IMG/VR virus record: IMGVR_UViG_3300030004_000009
Coordinates: 32,001 to 96,000 of that record
Length of the DNA: 64,000 bases
Source: a virus
Reading direction: 5' to 3' (one strand)
This document shows positions 52,716-63,097 of this stretch, piece by piece. Below the pieces are notes generated by a model. The model was not told where the DNA came from. It was given only the letters and a program-made list of their open reading frames with translations, and searched no databases. The translations under genes and the position numbers were made by a program. Every line of letters begins with the position of its first letter. Within the stretch, counting starts at the first letter, position 1.

Positions 52716-53392
52716 TATTTCTTTAAGAATTTAGTGGCTGCTTCACCCACCTCAATTGCAGTCTTTAAATCTATAAGTTGACAACCTACTTTAACACCAT
52801 ATTCTGAAATGAAAGCTTTATAATCACCAACACCTTTTATTAGTTCAAACTTAAAGTCATCAGTTTTTTCAATAACAAAGAAAGGTACAAAATAAGTATC
52901 AACAATATCGATATCATCTGAGTCTAATATGTCATTTACAAATTTAAGTTCATAACCATAAGTATTACCAACACTTTCAACAATAGCTATTTCTTCATTC
53001 TCCCATTTATGTTCTAAATCATAATCCCATTTACCATTCCATCCAAATTGTTCATCTGTTGCATAAGCGATTAACTTTACTGTATCGCCAACTTTAATAT
53101 CGACTTGATTTTGTAGTTTAGTATATAATTCTCGTGGAGTTAATTTCTCCTTTTCAACTTCTTTTGTCATAATTTCTTCAACTATTAAGTGTAATGCATC
53201 GGTGGGATAATACCACCATGTACTTGATCCATCTATTGTCACTGCTGTCGCTATTGCACCATAAGGATAAATGATTTCCTCTACAGTCCCTTCTTTATCA
53301 ACATGATCGTACATACAATTATTCCAACTACAATAATCTTCTTCTCGTTTTGATCGTATTAATTTAACACGATCACCTTTTTTAAAATTCAT
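52715..53392 (-). CDS. Hypothetical protein with two KOW/SH3-like repeats
   Basis: FKKGDRVKLI and IKVGDTVKLI units. Confidence 0.5.
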   Translation of the reverse strand: MNFKKGDRVKLIRSKREEDYCSWNNCMYDHVDKEGTVEEIIYPYGAIATAVTIDGSSTWWYYPTDALHLIVEEIMTKEVEKEKLTPRELYTKLQNQVDIKVGDTVKLIAYATDEQFGWNGKWDYDLEHKWENEEIAIVESVGNTYGYELKFVNDILDSDDIDIVDTYFVPFFVIEKTDDFKFELIKGVGDYKAFISEYGVKVGCQLIDLKTAIEVGEAATKFLKK

Positions 53393-53393
53393 A

Positions 53394-53852
53394 TTACCAT
53401 CCTAAGAACTTTACTGTGTTATTAAATATATTTGTTAATTGATCACTTAATTTAAATCGATCTCTATTTGCAGTTATTGAATGACAAATATTGCCATTAC
53501 TATGACGCTCTGATGCAGCTTTCCAGTCAAAAAACATCTCAACTATATCAAAGAGATTCATACCATCTATTCCATCTGGATAATGTTGAGGATGATGTGA
53601 GTTCTTTGCATAATGATGTTCAAGAGCTGGTTCTAATTGTTTTAGAAATTGCTTATATTCATCTGAATTATATGTGCATGCTGATAAACCACCTGTAGTT
53701 ATATCAAACAAACTCTTTTCAGGTTCTTTTAATTTAGAATCATCATGAATTTGAGCTCTTTTTATTAATTCCACACATGCAGCAGTTAATAACTGATTTA
53801 CCCTTTTAATGTGTAAGAGGGTATCTGATGTGCTATCGTATTTACTTTCCAT
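53394..53852 (-). CDS. HD-like protein (DUF5662-like)
   Basis: HDDSK, HHYAKNSHHPQH, EMFFDWKAA. Confidence 0.7.
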   Translation of the reverse strand: MESKYDSTSDTLLHIKRVNQLLTAACVELIKRAQIHDDSKLKEPEKSLFDITTGGLSACTYNSDEYKQFLKQLEPALEHHYAKNSHHPQHYPDGIDGMNLFDIVEMFFDWKAASERHSNGNICHSITANRDRFKLSDQLTNIFNNTVKFLGW

Positions 53853-53860
53853 TATTCTTA

Positions 53861-54802
53861 TTAAAAATCACCATAAGCAACTTGTGCTACTTTTAATCCT
53901 AACTCTTCTCTATACATCTGTACAACACAATTTCTATCGTCAAATAGCATCTCGATATAGTAGTTAGGTCGTATAAACTCATTAAAAATACGTTTCTTAA
54001 TTACTGTATCCTTTTCAAAATTACCAGCTGGACGCATATATAAGTGTTCGTAAATAATACCTACATGTTTTATTAACCATTGTCTTGTCAACTCTCTACA
54101 TGATTCATCACGACCACTTACAAAAATAATTTTATATTCTTTAGATAAACATTGTATTATACTGATAACTTCTTCAATTGGTTTATCAAGATAAACACTT
54201 TTCCAATCATAAGGGCTCCTTAGACCTTCGTGGTCACAAATTGTACCATCTAGATCTACAATTATAGCTTTAGGAAGTGTCTTATCTTGTTTTTTAATAT
54301 CCCAACTTTCTATTTGTAAATGACTATTAATTAAATCATGAATCTTAGATTGTTCACTTTCTAATTGTCTAAACTGTTTATACATTTTAGATAAGACACT
54401 TTCAGGAACTTTCTTTTCACGTTTATTATTACGTTCAATTAAATCAAGTAAAGATAACTCTTGTCCTATGAATTTAACTTTGATTTCAGCTTTACCTTTA
54501 AATTTGGTGAAGAGCTCTTTGATATATTCAAATTTACAATGTGTATTATCAATTACTACATTAAACTTAGATAAAGCTAATTCTACTTGTGAATTCTGTA
54601 TCTTAGTGATTAAATCTTCAACTTCTTTAGACGTTGTATAACTACCTGTTAATTGCATTCGTAAATCATCACGATTTATTCTAACCCATGTAGGATTCTC
54701 TTTAATCAGATTTAAAGCAAATGTTGTCTTACCTGATCCTGGTGAACCTATTAAACATAGTATCTGTCTATTTTGCATTCTCTTCTTGTTCCTCCATATC
54801 AA
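53861..54802 (-). CDS. pnk: Polynucleotide 5'-kinase / 3'-phosphatase (T4 PseT-like)
   Basis: GSPGSGKT, RDDLR, DNT; HAD DLDGT, SGR, FDDR. Confidence 0.9.
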   Translation of the reverse strand: MIWRNKKRMQNRQILCLIGSPGSGKTTFALNLIKENPTWVRINRDDLRMQLTGSYTTSKEVEDLITKIQNSQVELALSKFNVVIDNTHCKFEYIKELFTKFKGKAEIKVKFIGQELSLLDLIERNNKREKKVPESVLSKMYKQFRQLESEQSKIHDLINSHLQIESWDIKKQDKTLPKAIIVDLDGTICDHEGLRSPYDWKSVYLDKPIEEVISIIQCLSKEYKIIFVSGRDESCRELTRQWLIKHVGIIYEHLYMRPAGNFEKDTVIKKRIFNEFIRPNYYIEMLFDDRNCVVQMYREELGLKVAQVAYGDF

Positions 54803-56117
54803 CTATACCTTCATCTTTAGCTTTACTTTCATGTAGTTTATAACCATCATTAATCATTTTTAATGCAAATGCAGACAATCCTTCTACTCGAACCACTATA
54901 CCTTCTTCAATAACTTTGTTACGACAAAAGATCGATTGTTGATTTTTGACATATGTAGTTTTAAGAAAGTGATAAAAAGTCTCTTGCCATCTAATAATCC
55001 AATTATCACCGTCTACATTAGTTATATTAACTAAATCTTTAGCTTTACCATAATAGATTAAGGGTACTGGTTGAATATTTAACTCTTTACATCTTTGTTG
55101 CATTAAACGATAAGGAAGATCAATAGTATTACCATCTTCACCTGTATAAGTTATACGATATACAAATGCCTTGTGTTCTTCTGGTAGACATCCATAATCA
55201 TATTTTGCTTGAATTGCACCTCCAGATGGGGTGAAACCCACAATTTCTCCATATATGGACTCTCCTGCAAATAATTTGTCCTTAAGGGTTTCATTAACCA
55301 TCCCATAAATATCCTCTTTATAATATCCACCTCTTTCCTTCTCTGATGTCTCATTCTTTATTACAGTCCTGCTGCTATAAAGGTTAGCTTGTTCTTTCTC
55401 TATAATAGCTACTCCGAATCGTTTAAGTAGTTTTTCAAACCAGTTAAGTCTTCGTTTACAAAGTACTTTAGAGGATATGAAACTAGTACCGTGGAGTTTC
55501 CACGTAATAGAGATAAGGTCTTCCGGTTCCAGTCTATGGAGATTCTTATCGAGATGGGCCGTGCTTGAATGGAATTTGAATTGTTTCTCAATGATTCTAC
55601 TTTCATACTTTTTATAGTGTTTGTCTCTACTGTTAGGAATTCCTACTTTATTCTGACTCACTTGACTAGGAGCTATATACTTAGAAAGTAATATAAAATC
55701 TCCTATCTGATCAAACTCTTCATTAATATGATATTTTAATTTTAAATACTTATCACCTATTATAGGCTCTAGAGTTTCAATTGGTGCAACGTAGCCGTCA
55801 CTCATATTACCCTTAAACTTAACAGGCTTTACACGTGCTGATTGTTCAAAGAACCCACCTTTAGCTAATCTATCTTCGTTAAGTTGAAGATCAGCTCTAA
55901 ACTCATTGTTTTTTGAAAGATAAAGTGGATTAAGTTTTGAACCTGATGGGAAGTATATTGCTATACTTCCTGGTACTGTATTTCTTGACGTAAGTATAGG
56001 ACGTCTATCTATTGTTATCTCGACTAAATTATCTAAACCTTTTATTTCTCTTGGCTCTGGAACCACTATGACCTTACAGAGATAGTTTTCATTATGTCCT
56101 TCTGATTTCTTTAACAC
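54768..56117 (-). CDS. RNA ligase (Rnl2/DRB0094-type) with N-terminal OB-like domain
   Basis: WKLHGT, YGEIVG, FVYRI, EEGIVVR, LK. Confidence 0.82.
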   Translation of the reverse strand: MLKKSEGHNENYLCKVIVVPEPREIKGLDNLVEITIDRRPILTSRNTVPGSIAIYFPSGSKLNPLYLSKNNEFRADLQLNEDRLAKGGFFEQSARVKPVKFKGNMSDGYVAPIETLEPIIGDKYLKLKYHINEEFDQIGDFILLSKYIAPSQVSQNKVGIPNSRDKHYKKYESRIIEKQFKFHSSTAHLDKNLHRLEPEDLISITWKLHGTSFISSKVLCKRRLNWFEKLLKRFGVAIIEKEQANLYSSRTVIKNETSEKERGGYYKEDIYGMVNETLKDKLFAGESIYGEIVGFTPSGGAIQAKYDYGCLPEEHKAFVYRITYTGEDGNTIDLPYRLMQQRCKELNIQPVPLIYYGKAKDLVNITNVDGDNWIIRWQETFYHFLKTTYVKNQQSIFCRNKVIEEGIVVRVEGLSAFALKMINDGYKLHESKAKDEGIVDMEEQEENAK

Positions 56118-56366
56118 TTAATTATAAGTACCATTATTCGTTTGACTTTTATATTTATCTGTTTGTATAAATAAGTTCCCTACATATTCGTCTGACTCAT
56201 CATAACTATATTGTTTCTTACAGTATGGGCATTCAAATATACCTGTTTCCTTATCTATCATGACTTCAACTAATAGATCTTCTGGAGTTATAGATTCTCC
56301 ATTATTTCTTCGTGCTGTGCAACTCACACAACTACATAATACTGATTTTCCGCAATGTGGACACAT
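56118..56366 (-). CDS. Small Cys-rich Zn-finger protein
   Basis: CPHC...CSCVSC...CPYC. Confidence 0.55.
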   Translation of the reverse strand: MCPHCGKSVLCSCVSCTARRNNGESITPEDLLVEVMIDKETGIFECPYCKKQYSYDESDEYVGNLFIQTDKYKSQTNNGTYN

Positions 56367-57700
56367 ATTATTTCTTTACTACTTTACAGTTAAACTTATT
56401 AAGACTACTTAACATTCGTAAATACCTATATTTACTTAATTCAAGTGAATCTATAATCTGATCTAAAGTTTCTTCTTGAGTATAATCTAAGATATACTTT
56501 CTCCCTGTAGTTAGTTCTATTTGACTAATGTATGATACTTGCTCTAACTTCTTAAAAGGCCAACTTCCTACTTTCACTTTTTGATCTTTTTCAGTATAAC
56601 CTTTTAATGAGTAAACTGAGCCATCACTATCTAGTAATAACAGACCTTTTAAGTCATTAAGTCTTTTTATTATTTCTATATATTTCTCTTTCATCTACAT
56701 ATTTCTAAATGATGTTTTTAAATCAAATCCTGCTGCTACTATCTTTTCTTTATTCTCTCTATTATCAACATACTCTTCTTTAGGTGCTAACCATGCAGAT
56801 AACATTAAAAAGATTTCTTGAGGTGGTAATATAGAGTTTATATTTAACTCTTTTAAACATGGATAATATATAAACTTTGTCTGATCGTAATTAGTAGGTA
56901 TCATTATAGGACATTGTTCTCGTGTATTAGGTTTTCTATCATGAACGTAACCCTTTAGAAGAAATGAAGTATAGTGAGTTCCTCTTTGCTTATCACCTTT
57001 CTCAGTTTTAATAGATACACTAATATAGTTCTTTTGCTCTTCTAATTCTTCTGGATTTAAAAGTTGAAGTAAATCTTTACCCCAATAATATTTACCATTA
57101 GTATAATAGCCTTCATAAACTATATCACAAATAAAGACTTGTACTTTACTTCCAAAATAGTTAGAAGAAATATAAGGTTTAAATGTTCCAGAACTTCTCC
57201 TATCAAGTACTGTATTATCATCTATCCCGTAAATACCAACGAGATAGTCATAGTAATCTTTATACTTTGATAATATCCTCATATTATTAAATTTAAAGCT
57301 TCTTTTAGTGCTTCTTCTAAAGTACATTCATAAGTATCAGATGATAAATCTTCTATACGTAGTATTTCATTTTCATGAACCTTACAATAGTAGTAATCAT
57401 TTATTAGTGGATTAAAATCTCTATTTGTATTAGGATAGAACGCTATACATACGTTAATTTTATGAGTTTCTCTTAACCATCGTTGTAATAAACTTTGACT
57501 TGGTGCTGTACAAACTACATTTTCAATACTAAAGTAAGCATTAGCTATCTCTGAGTTTTTAACCTCACCTCCAGATTCATAATAAGCTAATTCGTCTAGA
57601 TAATCACAACCACTTGTGTGTGAAAACACATGATTACACTCTTCATCAAATCCTTTTTTCTTAGCTAATAAAGCTGTCTGATATTTTATAAGTTCTTCTT

Positions 57701-57883
57701 TCATCCTTCTAAGATATATTCATGAGTAGTTATTGATTGTAAAGCTTCTATTAGATCATTAAGTTCTATGATAGCTGAATACCATCTCTTAGATTCTATA
57801 AGAGATTTAACTTTATCTAAGTGTTGTGGTAATAATGCTATTGATGAATCTAATGACTCTTGTACTTCTTGTTCTGTTAACAT
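57701..57883 (-). CDS. Small helical protein, paralog of 57883-58068
   Basis: 60 aa; LIES..W.SA...EYILE. Confidence 0.5.
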   Translation of the reverse strand: MLTEQEVQESLDSSIALLPQHLDKVKSLIESKRWYSAIIELNDLIEALQSITTHEYILEG

Positions 57884-58068
57884 TATTCTTTCTCTAATAT
57901 AAAGTCAATAATAGGTATAAGGCTTATATTTGCAAGTAGTTTTGCTGCTTTTTCTGATGCCGCATCAAATTTATCATTTTCTATGAGTGCTACTATTTTA
58001 GTAGCTATTTCAAGCAATTGTGGTTTGACATCAATTGCTAATTGCTTTAATTCTTCTTGTGTTTTCAT
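57883..58068 (-). CDS. Small helical protein, paralog of 57701-57883
   Basis: 61 aa; LIEN..F.AA...DFILE. Confidence 0.5.
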   Translation of the reverse strand: MKTQEELKQLAIDVKPQLLEIATKIVALIENDKFDAASEKAAKLLANISLIPIIDFILEKE

Positions 58069-58082
58069 AATTTTGACTAATG

Positions 58083-58112
58083 AAAAAGGAGACCGTTTCT
58101 GATCTCCTTTTA
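58083..58112. terminator. Intrinsic terminator downstream of phoH
   Basis: AAAAGGAGA...TCTCCTTTT hairpin with flanking A/T tracts. Confidence 0.7.
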
Positions 58113-58116
58113 GTTT

Positions 58117-58842
58117 TTATTTTTCTTTAAGTTGTTCATCTATTATGTCCATGATTTCTAAGGCCAATTTCGACCTAAAGTTCTCTGTAAGTTCAAATGA
58201 ACCTACTCCTTCTAACTTCATAATAGATTGGAAGAAATAACCTGCACTCTGATGTTTATCAACTAAATCAATTTGAGCTATATCAGATGTAAACAACATA
58301 TATGCATCTTTACATATACGGGTTGTAAGAGCTTTAAGCTCATGAGCAGTTAAATTTTCCGCTTCATCAATAATTACAACGCAGTCTTCAAAGTTTAAAC
58401 CACGTACAAATTGAATAGGTACTATAGTTATTTTCTCTTCTTTGATCCAAGTATCAATACTTACCTTATCCTTTAATCTATAAAGTGCTTGAATAATAGG
58501 AGCCATGTATGGTTGCATTTTACCTTCAGTAAAACTCATCGCAACTCCTGGAAGGAAACCCATAGTCTTACCAACGTCAACCATTGGTCTAGTTACTACA
58601 ATTTTACTTACTGCTCCTGTTTGAAGTAAGTGACATGCAATATTACACGCTAGCAATGTTTTAGATGTACCAGCACGTCCTGTAAAGATAGTAACTTGAT
58701 TTTCTAAGGCAATTGCCTTAGCTCTCTTTTGTTCTTCTGTTAACTTAACATGAAATGTTGGAACTGTCTTAAGAATTTTTTTAGTCTTCTGCTTTGGTTC
58801 CTTCTCACGAGAAGAGTCTTCAATCTTGTTTAGTTCTATCAT
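58117..58842 (-). CDS. phoH: PhoH-like ATPase
   Basis: GRAGTSKT, TRP, MGFLPG, RGLNF, IIDEAEN, TR, D..Q. Confidence 0.9.
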   Translation of the reverse strand: MIELNKIEDSSREKEPKQKTKKILKTVPTFHVKLTEEQKRAKAIALENQVTIFTGRAGTSKTLLACNIACHLLQTGAVSKIVVTRPMVDVGKTMGFLPGVAMSFTEGKMQPYMAPIIQALYRLKDKVSIDTWIKEEKITIVPIQFVRGLNFEDCVVIIDEAENLTAHELKALTTRICKDAYMLFTSDIAQIDLVDKHQSAGYFFQSIMKLEGVGSFELTENFRSKLALEIMDIIDEQLKEK

Positions 58843-58851
58843 TTAGCTCTA

Positions 58852-59433
58852 TTAGTTAACTCCTGTACTACCAAATCCGCCTTGACCTCTATCGGTATCG
58901 CTTAATTTATCTACTGGAATCCATTTAATCTGGGCGTATTCTGATAATACAAATTGTGCTATACGATCACCATTATTAATTTCAAAAGCTTTATCACCAT
59001 GATTAATAAGTAAAACTTTAATTTCGTTCCTATAGTCAGAATCCACCAAACCTGGTGAGTTAGCAACAGTTATCCCATGTTTAAAAGCAAGACCACTCCT
59101 TGGATAGATTTCTAGCTTGTATCCTTTTGGTATAGCTGCAAATATACCTGTAGGTATTAATTTACGTTGACCTGGTTCTAAAATTATTGGATAATCTAAT
59201 AATGCTCTTATATCCGCACCTGCAGAACCACTAGTCTCGTATTGTGGTAACTTGCTAACAGGACACTTGTTAGGATCTGAATTAAGAACTTCAACATTTC
59301 TTTCACCCATATTTATAACTTGTGAATAACCACTAGTAAAGGTAAAATTTCCACCTTCAAATCCTTTAACTGTATAATCTTCTAACCATTCTCTTGTGAT
59401 TGCTGTATCTTTAACACTGTGTATTTGAGTCAT
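58852..59433 (-). CDS. dut: Trimeric dUTPase
   Basis: GSAGADI, PRSGLA, GLVDSDYRNE, GDRIAQ, RGQGGFGSTG. Confidence 0.95.
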   Translation of the reverse strand: MTQIHSVKDTAITREWLEDYTVKGFEGGNFTFTSGYSQVINMGERNVEVLNSDPNKCPVSKLPQYETSGSAGADIRALLDYPIILEPGQRKLIPTGIFAAIPKGYKLEIYPRSGLAFKHGITVANSPGLVDSDYRNEIKVLLINHGDKAFEINNGDRIAQFVLSEYAQIKWIPVDKLSDTDRGQGGFGSTGVN

Positions 59434-59720
59434 AACTTTGCATTTATTCTATCAACTGTGATAGGTCCTTCTTCAGAATATACTGCTGCATATTCTTGCT
59501 TATCTTCAGGTAAACTATCATCTATTAAAAGTACAAATGGTAACTTAGTAACTGCATATTTATGCATAACTGTAGTTGCATCGCGTCGAGTTGTAAAATC
59601 TTTACAGTCAACACTAAGAAGCTCAAAGAACAATTGTTCTTTAAACTTCTTTGAATGCATCATTAATCTATCAACATATGGCCTTACCTCTTTATTTGAT
59701 ATAAATTTTATGATTTTCAT
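59430..59720 (-). CDS. Thioredoxin-fold-like protein lacking CxxC
   Basis: KYAVTKLPFVLL cis-Pro-like region, YSE; next to the RNR gene. Confidence 0.4.
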   Translation of the reverse strand: MKIIKFISNKEVRPYVDRLMMHSKKFKEQLFFELLSVDCKDFTTRRDATTVMHKYAVTKLPFVLLIDDSLPEDKQEYAAVYSEEGPITVDRINAKL

Positions 59721-62700
59721 ATGACACAACCATCTTGACCTGAACACGCTAGTGCTCCCATACTATCTGCATTACGTAGATCTTCATTAAGCTCTACTTT
59801 GCTCCAGTCTACAGTTTGCCAATTACGACAAATCTTTATCCATTTATGATAGTTCTGCACATCTTTTAAGCAATAAGTCATCTTCTCTAAATCTCCATTA
59901 AAATTATTAGCTGCAAATTGCTTTGCTCTCCTAATCCAATCAACTTTAGCTGAGAATTTAAATACTGTGCTTCTTAAATCATTTGATAAAAACTCTCTAT
60001 ATGCTTTCCTAGGTGGTTTAACACCCAAACCTTTCATATTCTTCGCGTATTCTTCATCAGCTTTGAGTTGTAACCACATAGTACCAATATCCATAGTACC
60101 CATTACCTTCTCAACTTCTTCATCAGTATAAACTAGCTTTTCGCCTCTATCAAGTACTGTATCACATGCTGTCCATAAAGTATCGAATACCTCAAGAGCA
60201 TCGACAATTAATCCAGAAGCAAATATTGCGGCAGAACCGTACATTTCGACCATCTCCTGTGGCGTATATACTGCAGTATTTGGTGCTTGGTTATAGTTCC
60301 TATCACCTCCTCTTGCCATAGTTGATATACCAGCAAACCATTGACGATTCTCATATACATACTTAGTAAATACATCCCAATCATCAATATCAACAGTATT
60401 TGACACATTATGTCTTAAATAAGGTTTTGTGCATAAATCAATATTTGTACCTTCTTCAATCCAGTTTTGTTGAATTGATTTGATAATCTCAAGATGTTTT
60501 ACATTAAATATATCACTCTTATAAAGTTCAGTACCTTTAGTTACTATTGGAAAAGCTAAACAATAATCAGTACCACTAGAAGACCATACAGACTGTTCTA
60601 CTGCGTTTGGATTTAAATCCTTAAATACTTGAGCACCTAACTCTTGTCTATTAGCTTGTACATGTCGTATATACATATGTGAATGTTCAGGTGATACACC
60701 AGAAGTTGTTTCAAGTAGAATTGCGGTATTACCTGCTGGTTTAGAACATGTAGTTCGAGCAGATTGATTAATACCAATCATTTCAGCAACTATCTTATTC
60801 CAATATTTTACAATTCTAGCACCTTCTCGTTGTACTTCTTCGTTTAAAAGAACATCAGGTTGAGTTAGCCACCCAGTCACAGATACACCAAGTAGAGCTT
60901 CATGTTCAAATATCTTCTTAGTGGCCTCAGTTACATACTTAAAGTTAGTAAACCCAGCCTGAAGAGTTCCCATGATTGCACCAGCTTTACAAGCTTGATA
61001 AAAGGTTTCAGGAGTATTACAACGAACTCCAGCAATTTCAACAAGATTACAACCTTGCCAGCCTGATTCTCCAGTTATTGTTTGTGGATGCATGGAGATT
61101 TCAACACAGTTTCCAGTTAGAATGCCATTAAACATACCCATATGCCTTAAAGGTTCATTAAAGCAATAAGTATCATCATATCGATTTTCATCGATTATTT
61201 CTAATACTTTTGTAAATTGACCTGCATCACGCTCTGGTTTCTTAGCTTCATAAACTAATCTATGAGTTATTAAACCTAGTTGAGATAACTTATGAAGATT
61301 AACTGAAGATATTAATATCCTATAACACTTCTTAGTATCGTAGTCTTTATACTCACCTGTACCATCATTTTTTGGTAAACTAGATTTACCAGCTTCTCTT
61401 GCAGTTTTTACTTTACTTCTAATACCTAATGTTTGTAACATTAATTGTACTTCCTTTAGAAAATCTAAATGAATAGAAGATATTTGTAAGCCTTCATTAC
61501 CATCTCTTTTGTCTCTTGCAACACAACCATCAGAATCTAATAGACCTGCAAACCATTGAAGCCTACTTTCTATAGTATATCGTGCATCTGGTACAAAAAA
61601 CTTAGCTTGTAAACCTTTAACATTACCAAATGTAATCCTTTCATTATTTTCACTTCTAAAAGAATTTCCTGATTCTATGAAAGGTTCTAATAGTTTCTTT
61701 TCAGAGTATAGATATATTATAGCATTATTTTCAAAGAAGCAACCATCACCAGAGTAGAACCCATTAGTATAAGCTTTACTTAATTGTTGATCCCCTTCTA
61801 TAATAGGTAGATCATACTTTATTAATTTATCACCAATCTCTAATCCACTAGTTTCAATCTTTTTATATTGTGGTTTACCTTTATGAATTCCATCATATAT
61901 ATACCACTTATGATAAGGTGTACATTCAAGTAGAGTGCCATCATCTAAAATCACTTTTAATATTTTCTGGTTTTCACCTGTTTTCTTAATTGTAACTTCA
62001 GACCATTGTTCTCCATTCCATATCTTAGTAATTTGATCTTCTAGAGTTGAAATTTGTTGATATCCAATTTCAGTTAGCACATTCGTCTCTGGAGTGACGC
62101 AGGGATTGAAAACTGTGTCTTCATCATCAACAAAGATAAAACCAGGTTCTCCAAAGATTTTAGCATTATTAACTAAGGCTTCAAATTCACTTAATGTGAC
62201 CTTACTTCTCATAAGGGCACACGAATTGTTGCTACGTCCCCTTTGTGCCTGATCAATGAACCAATTGCCAGTTTTAGCTTGTGCCATCTTAGTATCAGTA
62301 GGTGAAAATAGAAATATAGTTGCACTACGACGTACACCACCACTAAGAACTGCATCAGCAATATGCATTACTATATCATAAGAGTCAATAGTCTCTAATT
62401 TACCACTTTGTTGATTAACAACTCGATTAAGTAAATCTTCAATTTTCTCTAATGACTTCTTAAGACCGTTTGGTCCAGGAGCTTTAAAGCCACCAGATAT
62501 AAGAGCTCCTTCTTCACGAATTAAAGAATAATCCATATGAACTATCTTTCCAGAGTATTCAGGAAATGTACCATGTTCTTTAGAAAGGAATGAGGATATT
62601 AAGACACCTACACTATCAGCCCAACCTTCTATACTATCAGGAATTTGATAAGTTTTTGTAGCTTTTCCCCTTTTAATAAGTAAGGGAAGTTTGTCATGAT

Positions 62701-63097
62701 GTTTATACTGAACACTAGTTCCAGTACCGCATCCGCATAAAAGTAAATACATACACTCTTGAAAGTACCTAGGTCTATCACAATACGACGATAAGCAATT
62801 GTAAACTTTCATCTCATGTTTAAGAACTTGAGGTCCTCCAAACTGCAATATACGTTGAGATGCTAAAACTAACCTATCTTTATAAGCTTCTCTTGCAAAC
62901 TCAATAAGTTCACGTAACTCTGCATTCTTAACTACTATATCTTTATATTTAGTAATATAAGTTTGATTAAAGACTCTATCTACTGCCTCATCCCATGTCT
63001 CTTTACGATTCTGTCCTTCAACTTTACGTAAATAAGCACTAAAGAGTTTATATTCTGCTAGTTCATGTCTTGTATTTAATTCTTCGTTATAGGCCAT
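59717..63097 (-). CDS. nrdJ: Class II (B12-dependent) ribonucleotide reductase with intein
   Basis: ETWDE, YNC, GVRRSA, GEPG, NP/CVE after intein removal, CNLVE, KPAGN, C-terminal CSGQDGC. Confidence 0.9.
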   Translation of the reverse strand: MAYNEELNTRHELAEYKLFSAYLRKVEGQNRKETWDEAVDRVFNQTYITKYKDIVVKNAELRELIEFAREAYKDRLVLASQRILQFGGPQVLKHEMKVYNCLSSYCDRPRYFQECMYLLLCGCGTGTSVQYKHHDKLPLLIKRGKATKTYQIPDSIEGWADSVGVLISSFLSKEHGTFPEYSGKIVHMDYSLIREEGALISGGFKAPGPNGLKKSLEKIEDLLNRVVNQQSGKLETIDSYDIVMHIADAVLSGGVRRSATIFLFSPTDTKMAQAKTGNWFIDQAQRGRSNNSCALMRSKVTLSEFEALVNNAKIFGEPGFIFVDDEDTVFNPCVTPETNVLTEIGYQQISTLEDQITKIWNGEQWSEVTIKKTGENQKILKVILDDGTLLECTPYHKWYIYDGIHKGKPQYKKIETSGLEIGDKLIKYDLPIIEGDQQLSKAYTNGFYSGDGCFFENNAIIYLYSEKKLLEPFIESGNSFRSENNERITFGNVKGLQAKFFVPDARYTIESRLQWFAGLLDSDGCVARDKRDGNEGLQISSIHLDFLKEVQLMLQTLGIRSKVKTAREAGKSSLPKNDGTGEYKDYDTKKCYRILISSVNLHKLSQLGLITHRLVYEAKKPERDAGQFTKVLEIIDENRYDDTYCFNEPLRHMGMFNGILTGNCVEISMHPQTITGESGWQGCNLVEIAGVRCNTPETFYQACKAGAIMGTLQAGFTNFKYVTEATKKIFEHEALLGVSVTGWLTQPDVLLNEEVQREGARIVKYWNKIVAEMIGINQSARTTCSKPAGNTAILLETTSGVSPEHSHMYIRHVQANRQELGAQVFKDLNPNAVEQSVWSSSGTDYCLAFPIVTKGTELYKSDIFNVKHLEIIKSIQQNWIEEGTNIDLCTKPYLRHNVSNTVDIDDWDVFTKYVYENRQWFAGISTMARGGDRNYNQAPNTAVYTPQEMVEMYGSAAIFASGLIVDALEVFDTLWTACDTVLDRGEKLVYTDEEVEKVMGTMDIGTMWLQLKADEEYAKNMKGLGVKPPRKAYREFLSNDLRSTVFKFSAKVDWIRRAKQFAANNFNGDLEKMTYCLKDVQNYHKWIKICRNWQTVDWSKVELNEDLRNADSMGALACSGQDGCVI
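61109..62101 (-). mobile_element. Intein (331 aa) with LAGLIDADG endonuclease in the RNR active-site motif
   Basis: N-terminal CVTPET, block B CTPYHKW, GFYSGDG and AGLLDSDG, C-terminal TYCFNEP...GILTGN followed by Cys+1. Confidence 0.93.
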
